A stretch of DNA of 64,000 nucleotides from Octopus vulgaris (taxonomy: Eukaryota), in assembly GCA_951406725.2 (NCBI GenBank), contig OX597819.1:91450001-91514000 (forward strand), written 5' to 3'. This document shows positions 38,405-51,476 of this stretch, one piece after another. The position numbers and the translations under genes are program-made. Numbering within the stretch: the stretch's first letter is position 1; every line of letters starts with the position of its first letter. A model generated the notes under the pieces. It was given only the letters and a program-made list of their open reading frames with translations, searched no databases and was not told the origin of the DNA.

Positions 38405-40578
38405 TATATTTGTATTGCAGTTATTAAAAGCTCTTTTTGAAATATTTTTATGTTTTTTTAAGTGTGTGGGATTTTTTCTTTTAATTTTTGAACATTATTT
38501 GTTATATATTGTTATATTTTTGTCACATATATATATATTATCTTTTACTTGTTTCAATCACACACCAACATCAGTTGTCAAGTAATGGTGGTGGGACAAA
38601 GAAAGACACACACACACATAAATATATATGAATACATATATATATATTTCGTTTTTGGATTTGGTTTGCAAGATTCTTTATATGAGTTTGTGTGTTGAAG
38701 CATATTCATCATCATCATCATCATCGTTTAACATCTGTTTACCATGCTAGCAAGGGTTGGACGGTTCAACTGGGGTCTGGGAAGCCAGTAGGCTGCGCCA
38801 GGCCCAGTCTGATCTGGCAGTGTTTCTACAGCTGGATGCCCTTCCTAATGCCAACCACTCCGTGAGTGTAGTGGGTGCTTTTTATGTGCCACCTGCACAG
38901 GTGCCAGACGAGGCTGGCAAACAGCCACGATCGGATGGTGCTTTTTACGTGCCACCGGCACAGGGGCCAGACGAGGCTGGCAACAACCACAATCGGATGG
39001 TGCTTTCTACGTGCCACCGTCACGGAGGCCAGTCGGGGTGGCGCTGGCAATGGCCACGTTCGGATTGTTCTCTTATGTGGCACTGGTATCACAGCTACAA
39101 TTTCCATTGATATTGATTTTCCATTCATATATATATATATATATATATATATCTAATGTAGGATAAAATTTTTTTCAAAACAAAATTCTTTTCGAAAAAA
39201 ATTTTATCAATGGCCAGCATATTAAAAAATACCTTTAAAGGTTAAATTTATAAACAATTCATAAATAAGGGCAAACGAAAAAATTTCTAATGCCAAATAT
39301 GCCGAAAAATTGGACATATTGTCCATTAACCATATAATTTTTTCACAATATGCACGCTACTCGAAAAAAGGTCGACAGAAATTTCTAAAAAATTCCATTA
39401 TTACCATATCGGACCGATTTCAGGGTTAGCTCATAACAGCCCTCCCTTCGTTTGCCCTTATTTATGAATTGTTTATATATATATGACAGGCTTCTTTCAG
39501 TCTCCATCTACTAAATCCACTGAAGGCTTTGGTCAGCTTGAGGCTACCATAGAAGACACTTGCCCAAGGTGCCACATGAGGCATTGCCAACCATGTGGTT
39601 GGAAAGCAAGCTTCTTACCACACAGCTATGCTTATATTTCTGCACTTGTGTGTGTAAGAGTGTGTGTTTACCTCCTGTCACCGAAACAATCTGAATATTC
39701 ATTTCAGTCCAGTCCGGTCAGCCATGCTGAATTATCTGCCTCCAGCCATGTCCAGTCATTTCATTCAAGTGAGAGGAGATGGTATTTCTGTGGGCTACAA
39801 ATTGGAGTGTGTTGGTGAACGACTTCGTGACAATCGGGAGAGTGACCTTTTAAAATGCAAAGGCTTAGGCAATGATCCTTTGAAATTTCCTACTTTATTC
39901 CTGGAAAGGATAAATCAAAATAGAAACAATATCAAAGGGAGAGAGAGAGAGAGAGAGAACTAAGATAAGCTATTACAGAAGAACAATAATATAATATTGA
40001 CTTCCGTTTAATTAAGCAGAAATAATTTTAATCACTAATCAATGAAGAAGACAGAATTTTCCATTATTAACTGATGATTACATAAAAACTGTATAATCAG
40101 GATGTTTCACCAATCAATTTAGCTGAAAGATGAATGCATAATTATCTGTGCATTTATATCATTTCTAATGTAGACAACCCACATAACCCCCATTATCATT
40201 GCTACCAACATCATTATAATCACCCTCTGCCACCACTGTTATTGTTATTGTTGTTATACTTTGCCATTCATGTAAAAGCAACCAAGAAAGCCATCATCAT
40301 CATCATCACCATCATTGTCATCATCATTGTATCAGTAAATGTTTCAAGGAGAGGCATTACTGTTGTTAAAACATATTAGCATGTTGTACAAAGAAGTGCT
40401 AATACTATATGTATTAGGAGTTTGTGAATATTTCTGAAGTTGTATGACTGTCTTCCACATCAACAGATCTATATAATTACATATATATATTCAGAAGATA
40501 GGTACGTATATATACATATTATACAGACATGTTTACATAGAGCATAAAAAATACAGAATACTAAGGAAGGATTTTTAA

Positions 40579-40712
40579 CTCGACAGCTGTTTCTGGAAGC
40601 TCAGAATTATGTAATAATCATAATGTTCATAATTAGCAGATGGAATGTACAAAAAAAGTCTTAGGTATGGAACCAGTAAATAGTCACATAGTCCAGCTTC
40701 CTTCATCAGGGA
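40579..40712 (-). ncRNA. Hammerhead motif with a 93-nt loop II
   Basis: CTGATGA-A-GGAAGCT...AGCTTCC-A-GAAAC-AGCT-GTC; 7-bp stem II, palindromic stem III, GUC triplet; stem I weak. Confidence 0.6.
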
Positions 40713-41823
40713 AGGCTTGAGAGAATACCTATTTCTTTATTACCCACAAGGGGCTAAACACAGAGGAGACAAACAAGGACAAACATAGGTATTAAGTCGA
40801 TTATATCGACCCCAGTGTGTAGCTGGTATTTATTTAATCGACCCTGAAAGGATGAAAGGCAAAGTCGACCTCGGCAGAATTTGAACTCGCAACGTAACGG
40901 CAGACGAAATACCGCTAAGCATTGCGCCTGATGTGCTAACGTTTCTGCCAGCTCGCCGCCTTAGAGTACTATTACACTATAGTATTCATCTAGAGAAAGC
41001 ACCTCATATAGATGTCTACCAAATCCACTTTGGTTGACCTGATGTTCTAGTAGTGGGACTGAACCTGAAACCACATAGTTGCAAAACAAGCTTCTTTATT
41101 ATGATAGGTTGGACAGTTTTGCAATAGACAATCGACTCAAATTATATATATATATATATATATGCATGTATATCATCATCATTATTTAACGTCCACTTTT
41201 TCCATGCTGGCATTGGTTGGATGGCTTGACAGGCGCTGGCAAGGCTAAAGACCACACCAGGTTTCGTAGTCTGTTTCAGCTTAGCTTCTACAACCTGATA
41301 CCCTTCCTAATATCAACCTCTTTACTGAGTGTACTAGGTGCTTTTTACATGGCACCAACACCAGTGCTTTTTATGTAGCACCAGCATCAGTATTTTTTAT
41401 GCGGTACCAACACCAGTGCTTTTTATGCTTCACGATTTTAGTATACATACCTTAGTATTTCCTAATTTCTGTATAGTCTGGGAATGTATTAAAGCCTTTT
41501 CAGAGCTAATTTATTTGAATTCTTACTATCGTGTAATTAATTTCATGTTATTACATAACTGACTTCACAATTTGGGTATGCATAACTTATTGGGAATTCT
41601 TAAAAACAAGATCCTGTGTAACACAGTTCAGTATTCTCAATAAATGCACAAAAACCGTTTTGAGGGCTACATACTTTGTATTGTTGTTATTAGTTTAGCA
41701 AAACAATTAGAGAGCAGAACCAAGGGATAAGCCCCACTTTCTTGGGAATTACTGGGTATGTCAGCTAGTATATATGTATACATATATATATATCCACACA
41801 CACATACATAGGAGATAGAGAAG

Positions 41824-41856
<33 letters not shown>

Positions 41857-43049
41857 CACACACACTCATATATACGCAAAAGATTTCTTTCTATTTCTGT
41901 CTACCAAACCAAATCTACTCACAAGGCTTTAGTTGGCCTGGGGCTATAGCAGAAGATACTTGCTCGAAGTACCTTGCAGTGGACTAAAACCATACCATTG
42001 GGATGTAAACTTCTTAACCATACAGCCATGCCAGAAATTAAAATCTTGACACACCAGATTAGAAAGATTCACCATCACTGACCTTGAATGGATCTGAGGT
42101 TTGAACTTAGTTGCTTGGTTAACTACTAGCATATACCATAAATTGACTCAATCAAAACTGACCTTGGCTTAGACAGCAGCTATAATACTTTTATATTTTC
42201 ACACGATTGTCCATAAGAAATGTGTCAATTGAGGACATGTAATCAATTAAATCAACATTAGTAATGGTGCTGGCATTTGTTTCATTGATCTGTCGCTGGT
42301 TATAACTCAGCTACTCTTTATAACAGTTACTCCCATTGCTGTAGAAATAATTTTTAAGTTTGGCAATATATTTTTGAAATTGTTGGATTATCTCTCTGCC
42401 ATTACGAGCAGCTAACATGGGTTAAATGATTCTAAAAAAATTATATATTTTAAAGTATTGTGTGAAGTATTGAGTTGTGTTTTAATAGCTAACTCATCAA
42501 CAAGAGGAGTGTGTACTTTCCAGTTTGATCGATGGAAGCAAGTCTGCAGATTCAGCACACTACACATTCACAATTCTTTTTTTTTTTAATGTTAATTTAT
42601 CTGTTAAAATTCTATAGTCAATATTGTCCACTTCAAGCAACATAAAGCACCATCAGATTTTATAGGAGGAAAAGTCAGTGAGATCACGTTATATTCATGT
42701 CTTTCTCAAGGACACTAGTGACGTGAGTAATACAAAGTGACTGCAAAAAGGAATTTAAGCTATGGCAACTGGTTTCACCAAAAATGTACTATTATCAAGT
42801 TTATTGCATTATCATCGTTGTCATCATTTACATCATCATCAGCCTCACCACCATCATTCTGTGCTTGAGCAATGCTTTGAAGAGTTTTAGTCAGAGTTCA
42901 ACACCAGTGTTTATTTCTTGAGCCTGGTGCTTATTCTAAGGGTGTTCTTTGCTGAACCACTAAGTTACAGGGACATAAACAAATCAAAACTAGTTGTCAA
43001 GTGATGGTGTGGAGGGAAGAAACACGCTCACACACACACAAGCGAATGG

Positions 43050-44257
43050 ACAAACAAAAGATGCACAGGAGCAATAAACACTGCAGATGCTCAGAAAACA
43101 GGTTCCATCACATGCCAGGGGAAGAAACTAGAAGTAGTTGATAGCTTCCGCTACCTAGGTGACCAAGTCTGTAGTGGGGATGGATGTTAAGACAGCATTG
43201 CTACTAGTTCAAAGGTCAGAAAGCTCTTACCTCTACTGGTGACAAAGGCCTCTCGCTCAGAGTGAAAGGTAGATTGTATGATGCATGTGTGCAAACTGCT
43301 ATGCTACATGGCAGTGAAACATGGGCCATGACTGCTGAAGGTATGCATAGGCTTGAAAGAAATAAAGCTAATATGATCTGCTGGATGTGTGATGTCAATG
43401 TGCACACATGACAGAGTGTATGCACCCTGAGAGAAATGTTGGACATAAGAAGTATCAGATGTGGTGTGCAAGAGAGATGACTGCACTGGTATGGTCATGT
43501 GCTGCATATGGATGAGGGGAGATGTGTGAAACAGTGGAAGGAACCCATGGAAGAGGGAGACCCAGAAAGATATGGGATGAGGTGGTGAAGCATGGCCTTT
43601 GAATGTTGGGCCTCACAAAGGCAATGACTACAGACTGAGACATCTGGAGATATGCTGTGTTTGAGAAAACCCGGCAAGTAAAGTGAGATCACAGCTGTAG
43701 TTTATACCAGTGTCACATAACCAGCCCTTTTAAAAAGTACCTTTGAATCGTCGGGTGACATTCCATGGTTGAGGAGACCTATTGAGTCAAGTAAAATCAA
43801 AAATCAAATCACAGTCAAAAATGGAAATTGTAGTTGTGGTCAATGCCAGTGCTGCTTGACTGGCTTTTGTGCTGGTGGCATGTAATAAGCACCATTCATG
43901 CATGGGTCGTTGCCAATACCGCTTAACTGGCTCCCTGTGCCGGTGGCATGTAAAAAGCACCATCCAAACGTGGTTGATGCCAGCCCCACTGCCCTGACTG
44001 GCTCCTGTATCAGTAGCACATAAAAAGCACCATCCAAACATGACTGATGCCAGTGCCGCCTGACTGGCTCCCGTGCCAGTAGCACATAAAAAGCACCCAT
44101 TACACTCTCGGAGTGGTTGGCATTAGGAAGGGTATCCAGCTGTAGAAACATTGCCAGATCAGATTGGGGCCTGGTGTGACCTCCTGGCTTGCCAGTCCCC
44201 AGTCAAACCATCCAACCCATGCCAGCATGGAAAACGGACATTAAACGATGATGATGA
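43050..44257 (+). mobile_element. RTE-clade LINE 3' end (older copy)
   Basis: Homologous to 59013-60057, plus an upstream VDSFRYLG-like segment; (GAT)n tail. Confidence 0.9.
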
Positions 44258-44752
44258 GTTAATGAAATCAACTTCCTATATATCAATGATGCTTATTTTA
44301 ATCATGAAGAAAAACACACACATCATCATCATCATTGTTTTAACATCCACTCTTTCATACTTGCATGGCTTGAACAGGGTTTATTGATGCAAATATTGTA
44401 CAGCTGGATGTCCATCTTATTGCCAATGATCATTTGTTTCCAAGGAAAGTAACATTTCCACTATAGGGAGAAATATCTTTGTAGAATATTGGAAATGAAT
44501 GATGTAGCTAGTATGACTGACACTCATTTACAAATATCATGCGATGCCAAGATAAGGATGGACACACACAACAGGCATTTTTTTCGGTTCCCATCTACAA
44601 AATCTGATCACAAAGTTTCAGTCGTCCTGAATCTTTATTAGAAGACACCTGCCCATGTGGATGGGAAGCAAACTTCTTAACTACACAGTCATGCTTGCAC
44701 TTAAACAATATTTGAATATCAAAAGAATAACACAAAAACCATAGAAAACTTT

Positions 44753-45030
44753 TTTATTTAAAATTACAAAAAATTTTGTCATGGTGTTATTCAATTTTTA
44801 CAATATAATCTCTTTAACAAATAATGTCTAATTTAATCTCACATTTTCGGTTGAGGAATTATAAAGACAAAAATTCTTCATCATAACTTAGATTTGCTCT
44901 TATGATGTAAGTAATGAAACTTAGACTTACAGCACTTAGTATTTTAAAATCAAAATGAGTATATTTAGGATTTGAAAAATATTCCACTGTTTGTGCTTTT
45001 AATGTTTATTGATAAATAAAGATTTTTATT
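44753..45030 (-). terminator. Candidate CTSZ polyadenylation signals
   Basis: AATAAA on - at 45030-45025, 45010-45005 and 44758-44753, within AT-rich unique sequence after the stop. Confidence 0.45.
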
Positions 45031-45251
45031 CTGATTAAGTCTTAATTATAATCTCTTTTAATATTTTAATATGGCGATGTAATATGCTGAGGACATTAAA
45101 ATTATATAAATAATACTTTTAAATAGATATTCTCATCGGTGAGTAAATGTTAATTAGTTTTTAGAGTAAAGCTTTTAAGTTTAATTATTTCAAAAAAGAA
45201 AATATTTGGATTTAATTTTTAGTAACACCCAATGAAATTTGTTAAAAGATT

Positions 45252-45368
45252 TTAATTTTTAGGGATAATTGGGTCACCATAATTGCACTGTGACTCAATT
45301 CCTAAATTGTATGATGATCCACCATTCTTGTAGGCACTTGTTACAATACGGAACCATCCTTGTTCACC
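45252..45368 (-). CDS. CTSZ: Cathepsin Z terminal exon ([38 protein letters not shown])
   Basis: CTTTCAG acceptor; GE.GW.RIVTS.YK.G...YNL.IE..C..GDPI is the cathepsin Z C-terminus; TAA at 45254-45252. Confidence 0.96.
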   Translation of the reverse strand, partial: GEQGWFRIVTSAYKNGGSSYNLGIESQCNYGDPIIPKN

Positions 45369-45849
45369 CTGAAAGTATACGAAAGTCATGAAAATAAGAT
45401 AAATCAGTTTCCTGACAACTTTTTTTTACTGAGTCAATAAAATTATCTTTTCCTCATTAAATGTTTTGGCATTCAGATTATTCTGTCAAATCAAATGCTT
45501 ATTTATTCACACTGATTTGGAATTAATCATGAATTATCTTGTAGCTTCAAGATTTCAATGATGTGATTATTTATTTTCAGACCGACATTGTAGAGTAGGT
45601 GTGAGTGAGGGCGTGCCCGACATTTAACAGGTAGAGTATTTGGGGCCTGATGTGGCTAGTTTAAATGAACATTTGACAGGTAGAATATTTCGGCCTGATA
45701 TGACTAATTTAAATGATAAAGGGTTTAACAACAAATTATATGTTATTTTTTATTTCTTTTTCTTTTCCATGGCTTAGTCATGTTATAAAAGAAACAGCAG
45801 CATCAGTACAGCACCCATGACTTTCAGAAACATTTTTTCATGCTCAGGA

Positions 45850-46360
45850 TTATCATAAAAGAATACCCTCCATCAGGCATTTGCCATATTCTGAACACCT
45901 TACTTCCCTGGGCATGGACACATTGAAACTCCGACGTCTGGCAGCTGACTTGGCAGACACCCATAAAATTATTAACCATCTTACAAACAATAATTCTGAG
46001 CACCTTTTCAAACTCCACCCGTCTAGTACCCGTGGACATATTTACAAAGTCAGAAAACAGCACAGCTCCCATGACTTTAGGAAACATTTTTTCACGCTGA
46101 GAGTTGCTGAAGCATGGAACAAACTGCCGGCATCGGTTGTTAGTTGTCGGAGCACTGCATCCTTCAAAACTTCCATGCTTTCTGAGATTCGCCAACACTA
46201 CACCTGATTTCCTCCCCTCCATACACACACAAGCATGTATCTGACTCATACGTTGTTCGCTTTCCAGACATTAGTACATTACTGCATACACTTTATACGC
46301 ACTTTCTGACAAGTTGTGGTGCACCTGAGCACTGTATAATATTTCATTATTATATTATTT
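45850..46360 (+). mobile_element. CR1/L2-group LINE 3' fragment with (ATT)-like tail
   Basis: LKLRRLAADL...TRGHIYKV...RKHFFTLRVAEAWNKLPASVV...FK, then a 3' UTR; lies in the last CTSZ intron. Confidence 0.85.
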
Positions 46361-49300
46361 TATAACATAGAATAAACCACCTGAGTCAGTTGTTTTGTGC
46401 ATCAATCCTATCTTTTATCCTTTACTTTTTTTCAGCTTTTGGATAGTGGCCATGCTAGAACACTGCCTTGAAGGGTTTAGTTGAATAAATTGATCCCAGT
46501 ACTTATTTTTAAGTTTGATATTTTTTTAATTGGTCCCTTTTGCTAAACCACTATGTTACAGGAACATATACAAACCAATACTGGTTGTCATGTGGTGGGG
46601 GTACAAAAACACACATACGAGTATATGTACATATATAATGCCAACGTATTTTTAAATATTTTTTAAAATATTTAAAAATATTTACGTATTTTTAAATATT
46701 AAATATTTATATGTTCATATACTTGAGTGTTTTAATGCTATATTATCTGGAACTTTATATTGATTTATTAAGGTCCAACGAAAGCGCACATATATACTGA
46801 ATATTCTATTGGATAATAGGTCATGTTCCTCTAGTTTTCCGCTGGTATTGCCTCCATTGAAATCATAAATATGTACATATACATACATATATGACAGGTT
46901 CCCACATAGTTTCCATCTACCAAATCCACTTACAAGGCATTGATTAGCTCTAGGCTATAGCAAAAGGCACATGCCTGAGGTGCTGCACAATGGGACAGAA
47001 TCTGAATCCATGTGGTTGCAAAGCAAGCTACTTAACCATACAGACATGACAGAAGAAAATCATATTTTCTGATGCTCTGAAATATTCTTTCTACAATAGA
47101 GAGAAGCATGAATTTTGCAGGAGGAGACTAGTTGATTATATTGACCTCAGTACTCAACTGGTACTTATTTCATTGCTTGGAAAGGATGAAAGGTAAAGTT
47201 GACCTCAGCAGAATTGGAACTTAGAACATAAAGACAGATATAATGCTGCTAAGCAACTAGTACGGTAATATTCATATTTCTTTATTGCCCACAAGGGGCT
47301 AAACATAGAGGGGACAAACAAAGGGATTAAGTTGATTACATCGACCCCAGTGCATAACTGGTACTTAATTTATCAACCCCAAAAGGATGAAAGGCAAAGT
47401 CGACCTCAGCGGAAGTTGAACTCAGAACGTAACGGCAGACGAAATACCGCTAAGCATTTCGCCTGCCGTGCTAACATTTCTGTCAGCTCGCCACCTTAAC
47501 TGGTATGGTAATATCCAGCCATCTTCAGAATTGTTCATATGCCGGGCAAAATACTTAGCGGCATTTCTTTCAGCGCTTTATGTTCTGATTTCAAATGCCA
47601 CTGAGGTCAGCTTTGCCTTTCATCCTCTTGGGGGTCGATAAAATAAGTATAGTTAGTTGAGCATTGGGGTTGATGTAATCGACTTATGCCCTCACCTGAA
47701 ATTGTTGGCCTTGTACCAAAATTTGAAAGCAATATTCAGCAAGCTTGCAGAATTGTAAGCATGCAGGGCAAAAATGCTTAAAGTGCATAAGGATGTCAAA
47801 AGTAGATTTGGTGAATTTTGGGGAAAATATGGAATTTTTGAAGGATGCAGTGTCCTAACAGCTAACAGTTGATATGGGTAGCTTATTCCATGCGTTGACA
47901 ATTCTGAGTGTGAAAAAATACGAGTTATGGATGCTGCGCTGTTTTTTTTTATTTTATAAGCATGTAGAGATATTGAATTCAATTTGACGTTGGTTTCGAT
48001 AGACCATAACAAAAATTGTACAAAGAAAAGACGGCTAAAGAAAGATTTCGACAACATATATTAAAGACAGTCTCATCAAGAACCTTAACCTTGAAATACA
48101 TTCCAAACTTTTTTAATAAGAGTTATTTCCCTTGCAACCGCCATTAAGTTCTTTTTTTCTTTCTTTTTTTGTGCTTCACATAAAAAAATAATTGTCGTCA
48201 CCACTCCATCATCTAGCTGTTAGTGGTATTTAATATATAATTATCACTGTATTTGATGGCATATAAAAACCATATTTTTCAGGAAAAAAAATGTCTCAAA
48301 AACCACTTATGAAGGCATAAATACTATATGTTTTTATGCCTTCAAAATTTCTTTCTGAATATGTCCTGCTGAAATAGAGATGCATCTAATATGCACGTGC
48401 ATCTTTTATGCCATCAAATAAAGTAAATCTATTCTTCATCTCCATTGGAAAAAATAAAATACTTTACAGTATTTGTTTCTGCTCTTCACATTCTGAGTTC
48501 AAATCTCACTAAGATCAACTTTATATTTCATTCTTCCAGGGTAGATAACGGGCCAGTAAACTACTAGAGTTGGTACAATCGACTGTTTCTCTCCCTCAGA
48601 TATCTGGTCTTGTGTCTATGTCAGAAACATTATCATTATGTACATTATTTACATTTGATGGATATTTGTCCTCATCTTGTTTGTTGTTAGCACAACGTTT
48701 TGGCCTTCTTCAGGTGTCTTGGGGGCATTTCGAATCTGGGTTCTCATTCCTAAAGTATTTTTCGATGTTATTATTATTATTATTGTTGTTGTTGTTGTTC
48801 AGGTTGCTTGAAATCGAAATCGGAAACTTGGGGTTAGTAGCCCATGCTCTTAACCACTACACCATAGGCCCGTGGGCCTATGGTGTAGTGGTTATCAACT
48901 GAAACGTTGTGTTAACAACAAACAAGATGAAGATAAATATCCGTCGAATGTAAATAATGTACATAATTCCTCTTCTCTTAAATATAGAACTGTATCATCA
49001 TTATTATTATTATTTGATCTAAGGTGGTGAGCTAGCAGAATCATAGGCACGCTGGGCAAAATGCTTAGTGGCATTTCATTCACCTTTACATTCTGAGTTC
49101 AAATTCTTCCAAGGTCAACTTTGCTTTTCATCCTTTTGGAAGGTCAATAAAATAAGTACCAGGTAAAATCTGGGGTTGAATGTAATCGACATACCCCCTT
49201 CCCTAAATCTGCTGGTCTTGAGCCTAAAAATCAGCACTCCAGATCAAATGCTTTGTGAAATTTTGTCTATTGTTATGTTCTGAGTTCAAACCTCACCAAG

Positions 49301-49544
49301 GTTGACTTTTGGTCAGTTGAACAATGGGGTTGGTGTAATCGGCTAGCCTCTTCCCTCATAATTTCAGGCTTTGTGCCTATTGTAGGAAGGACTGTTATTA
49401 CCTAACTTTTATTTTTTTTTTTTTTTGCCTTTTTCTCCGCAGCAACAAACTTTAATTCTTTTCCCAAAATTTTAGACTTTTCAGAACTAGTTAATTCTAA
49501 CAAAAAAAAAACAAAAAAAAACAGAGATTTTATAATTCCTGATA

Positions 49545-49880
49545 TTTTAATTTCTTGGAATGGTTAAAACAATCCATCTTGGAGTTCTTTCCCATGGCAT
49601 TCTACTCGCACATCTGTAGTACTGGAGCTGTGGACCTTTCATTGCAGTGAGTGGCAACTCAATCTGAAAAGACTTTCTGAGCTCCAAGCTACCCACCCTG
49701 TCAAGTAGCATTACCCTTGAGATCCTTTGAAAGAACCCTATTTTGAACACTTGTATTCAGATTGTAATTTTTTTTTGAGGTGGCGAGGAGGTCATTACCC
49801 AGCATTCACAGCCATAAGTGAGGATTCTAGCTGAGCTAACTAATAGGAAACTTAAAGGTAATCCAAGAACATGATGGTTG
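49545..49880 (-). mobile_element. Second RTE-type LINE C-terminal fragment
   Basis: ILTYGCECW and GFFQRISRVMLLDRVGSLELRKSF...QLQYY...SRMPWER resemble RTE C-termini. Confidence 0.7.
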
Positions 49881-50298
49881 GATAATATCTATAGTCTCAG
49901 TCGGTCACACATAGAAATCCAGCTGGAAACGGTAATGAAGGCTGTTTCTGATAGAACTCTATGGAAGTAGTGCCTAAAGACTCTTCCCCCACGACTCTCC
50001 CAAGAGTAGTGGGCAGAGAATATGGATGAATGAATGGTTGGATGGGGTGGATGGATGGATGGATGGATGGATGGATGGATATTTTACTTATCACAATAGA
50101 TTTCTGCTGAATTGTCCACATCTTTATTCTGATATTTTCTGTAATATTATTGTATTTTTACAGAGATGTACTTGCATAGCAAGTGATTTGATCTGAGATC
50201 GTGTGCTGAAACGAAAACAATTGCGGCATGGAAGGTGTTTGTAAGCCATTTAAGAAACACACAAAAGCTGTTCGATTCACTTCAACATTTAAGTTTAA

Positions 50299-50349
50299 TT
50301 TGTCAAAATATTTTCGTTGCTTTAAGACCGCGACCTGTTCACTGACAAA
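50299..50349 (-). ncRNA. Minimal hammerhead-like motif, G3:C8 core variant
   Basis: TTTGTCA-GTGAACA-G-GTCGC(9 nt)GCAAC-GAAA-ATAT-TT-TGACAAA; 7-bp stem I, palindromic stem III. Confidence 0.62.
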
Positions 50350-51383
50350 AATCCGTGTATTGTATTTTTATCCTGATAGAAAAACATATAGTCTGGCAAT
50401 GGTCTAAACACATGGTATATTAGTTTTTATACTTTTTATACACTTCTTGTTAATAACATAACTTTGTGTGAACAGGATATCACCATTAAAAGTGACTGTT
50501 GTTATTGCAACTTATGTTCTTTACATACAGATGCAGGCACATGTGCACATACACACACACACGCATGCACCAACACACACACTTAGAAAGCATTTCACTT
50601 TTTCCGTTTTTACATAACTCAAACTTATGGAACACTTGATAGCTTATCGTTTTTGGATCAACAAGGTTATCTAGAGAGGCAGCACTAAAAATTCCAGTTT
50701 CTGCTGTGTCAAGCACTCTAGATTCAGGTGTGGACAATGAAAGCAGATTTTTCTCCATGGCAAAAACTGAATTTACTATTACAAGCTACTTACTGCTGCT
50801 GCAGCTGTTGTTGTTGTTGTTGTTAAGCAACAAGACGAGTAAGGGTGATTAGGTGATGATCTAGGACTTAGGGGCAGGAGACCCCAGACCTTGGGAAAAA
50901 AAAAAAAACTTTGGTTGTCTTGTTGTAGTCGAGGGCTCTTCGTTGACGCCCAACATCATTGGGAGGTGGCCCTCAAAGTCACTGGAAATAGAGATCTCCA
51001 GGTCCAAATTCTTGGACGGCTGCTGCTGCTGCTACTACTACTACATCAACAACAATGAATGATACTGCTCATGATATATTATTAGAGGTTGACTCATATG
51101 TTGGCAATGGACCACAGTTCAGGAGTGTTGACAAAACACAGACTACTGATCTCTCAGCTGGTTGCATTGGCATCCATAATAATGGGTAACTCTAAGACAG
51201 ACCAGATCAGCAGGAAGCAGCAATTCCATTTATTCTTCGAGTTTTTGAGTTGGACTTTGGTCAAAGTACACATTTTTCATACTTCCATTGACCAGTAAGA
51301 AGTAGCCATGAACTATAGTTGTTTCAATCAACATTATAAAAATAAGCATTTAACTTGTATGAAATAAATTTGTAATTTCTTAC

Positions 51384-51476
51384 CCAAAATGATCCCCAGG
51401 AATTTCTGCCAAGCCAATATTCAATACCAGTGCTATTATCAACTCCCCAGCCAACAATGGAAATAATATGGTTTAT
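51384..51476 (-). CDS. CTSZ: Cathepsin Z exon with catalytic His and Asn ([31 protein letters not shown])
   Basis: TTTCAG acceptor, GTAAGA donor; papain-family NH..S.VGWG and YW..RNSWG motifs. Confidence 0.96.

Noticed and set aside
38757-39156. Recurrent peptide family MDGSTGVWEA...LDALPNANHSVSVVGAFY that looks like a multigene family
   Set aside because: Antisense translation of the RTE LINE 3' UTR; frames are not conserved between copies.
50486-50758. 90-aa minus-strand ORF (MEKNLLSLSTPESRVLD...) in the last CTSZ intron
   Set aside because: No recognisable homology or good splice sites; it runs into a (TG)n tract, and the CTSZ frame is complete without it.
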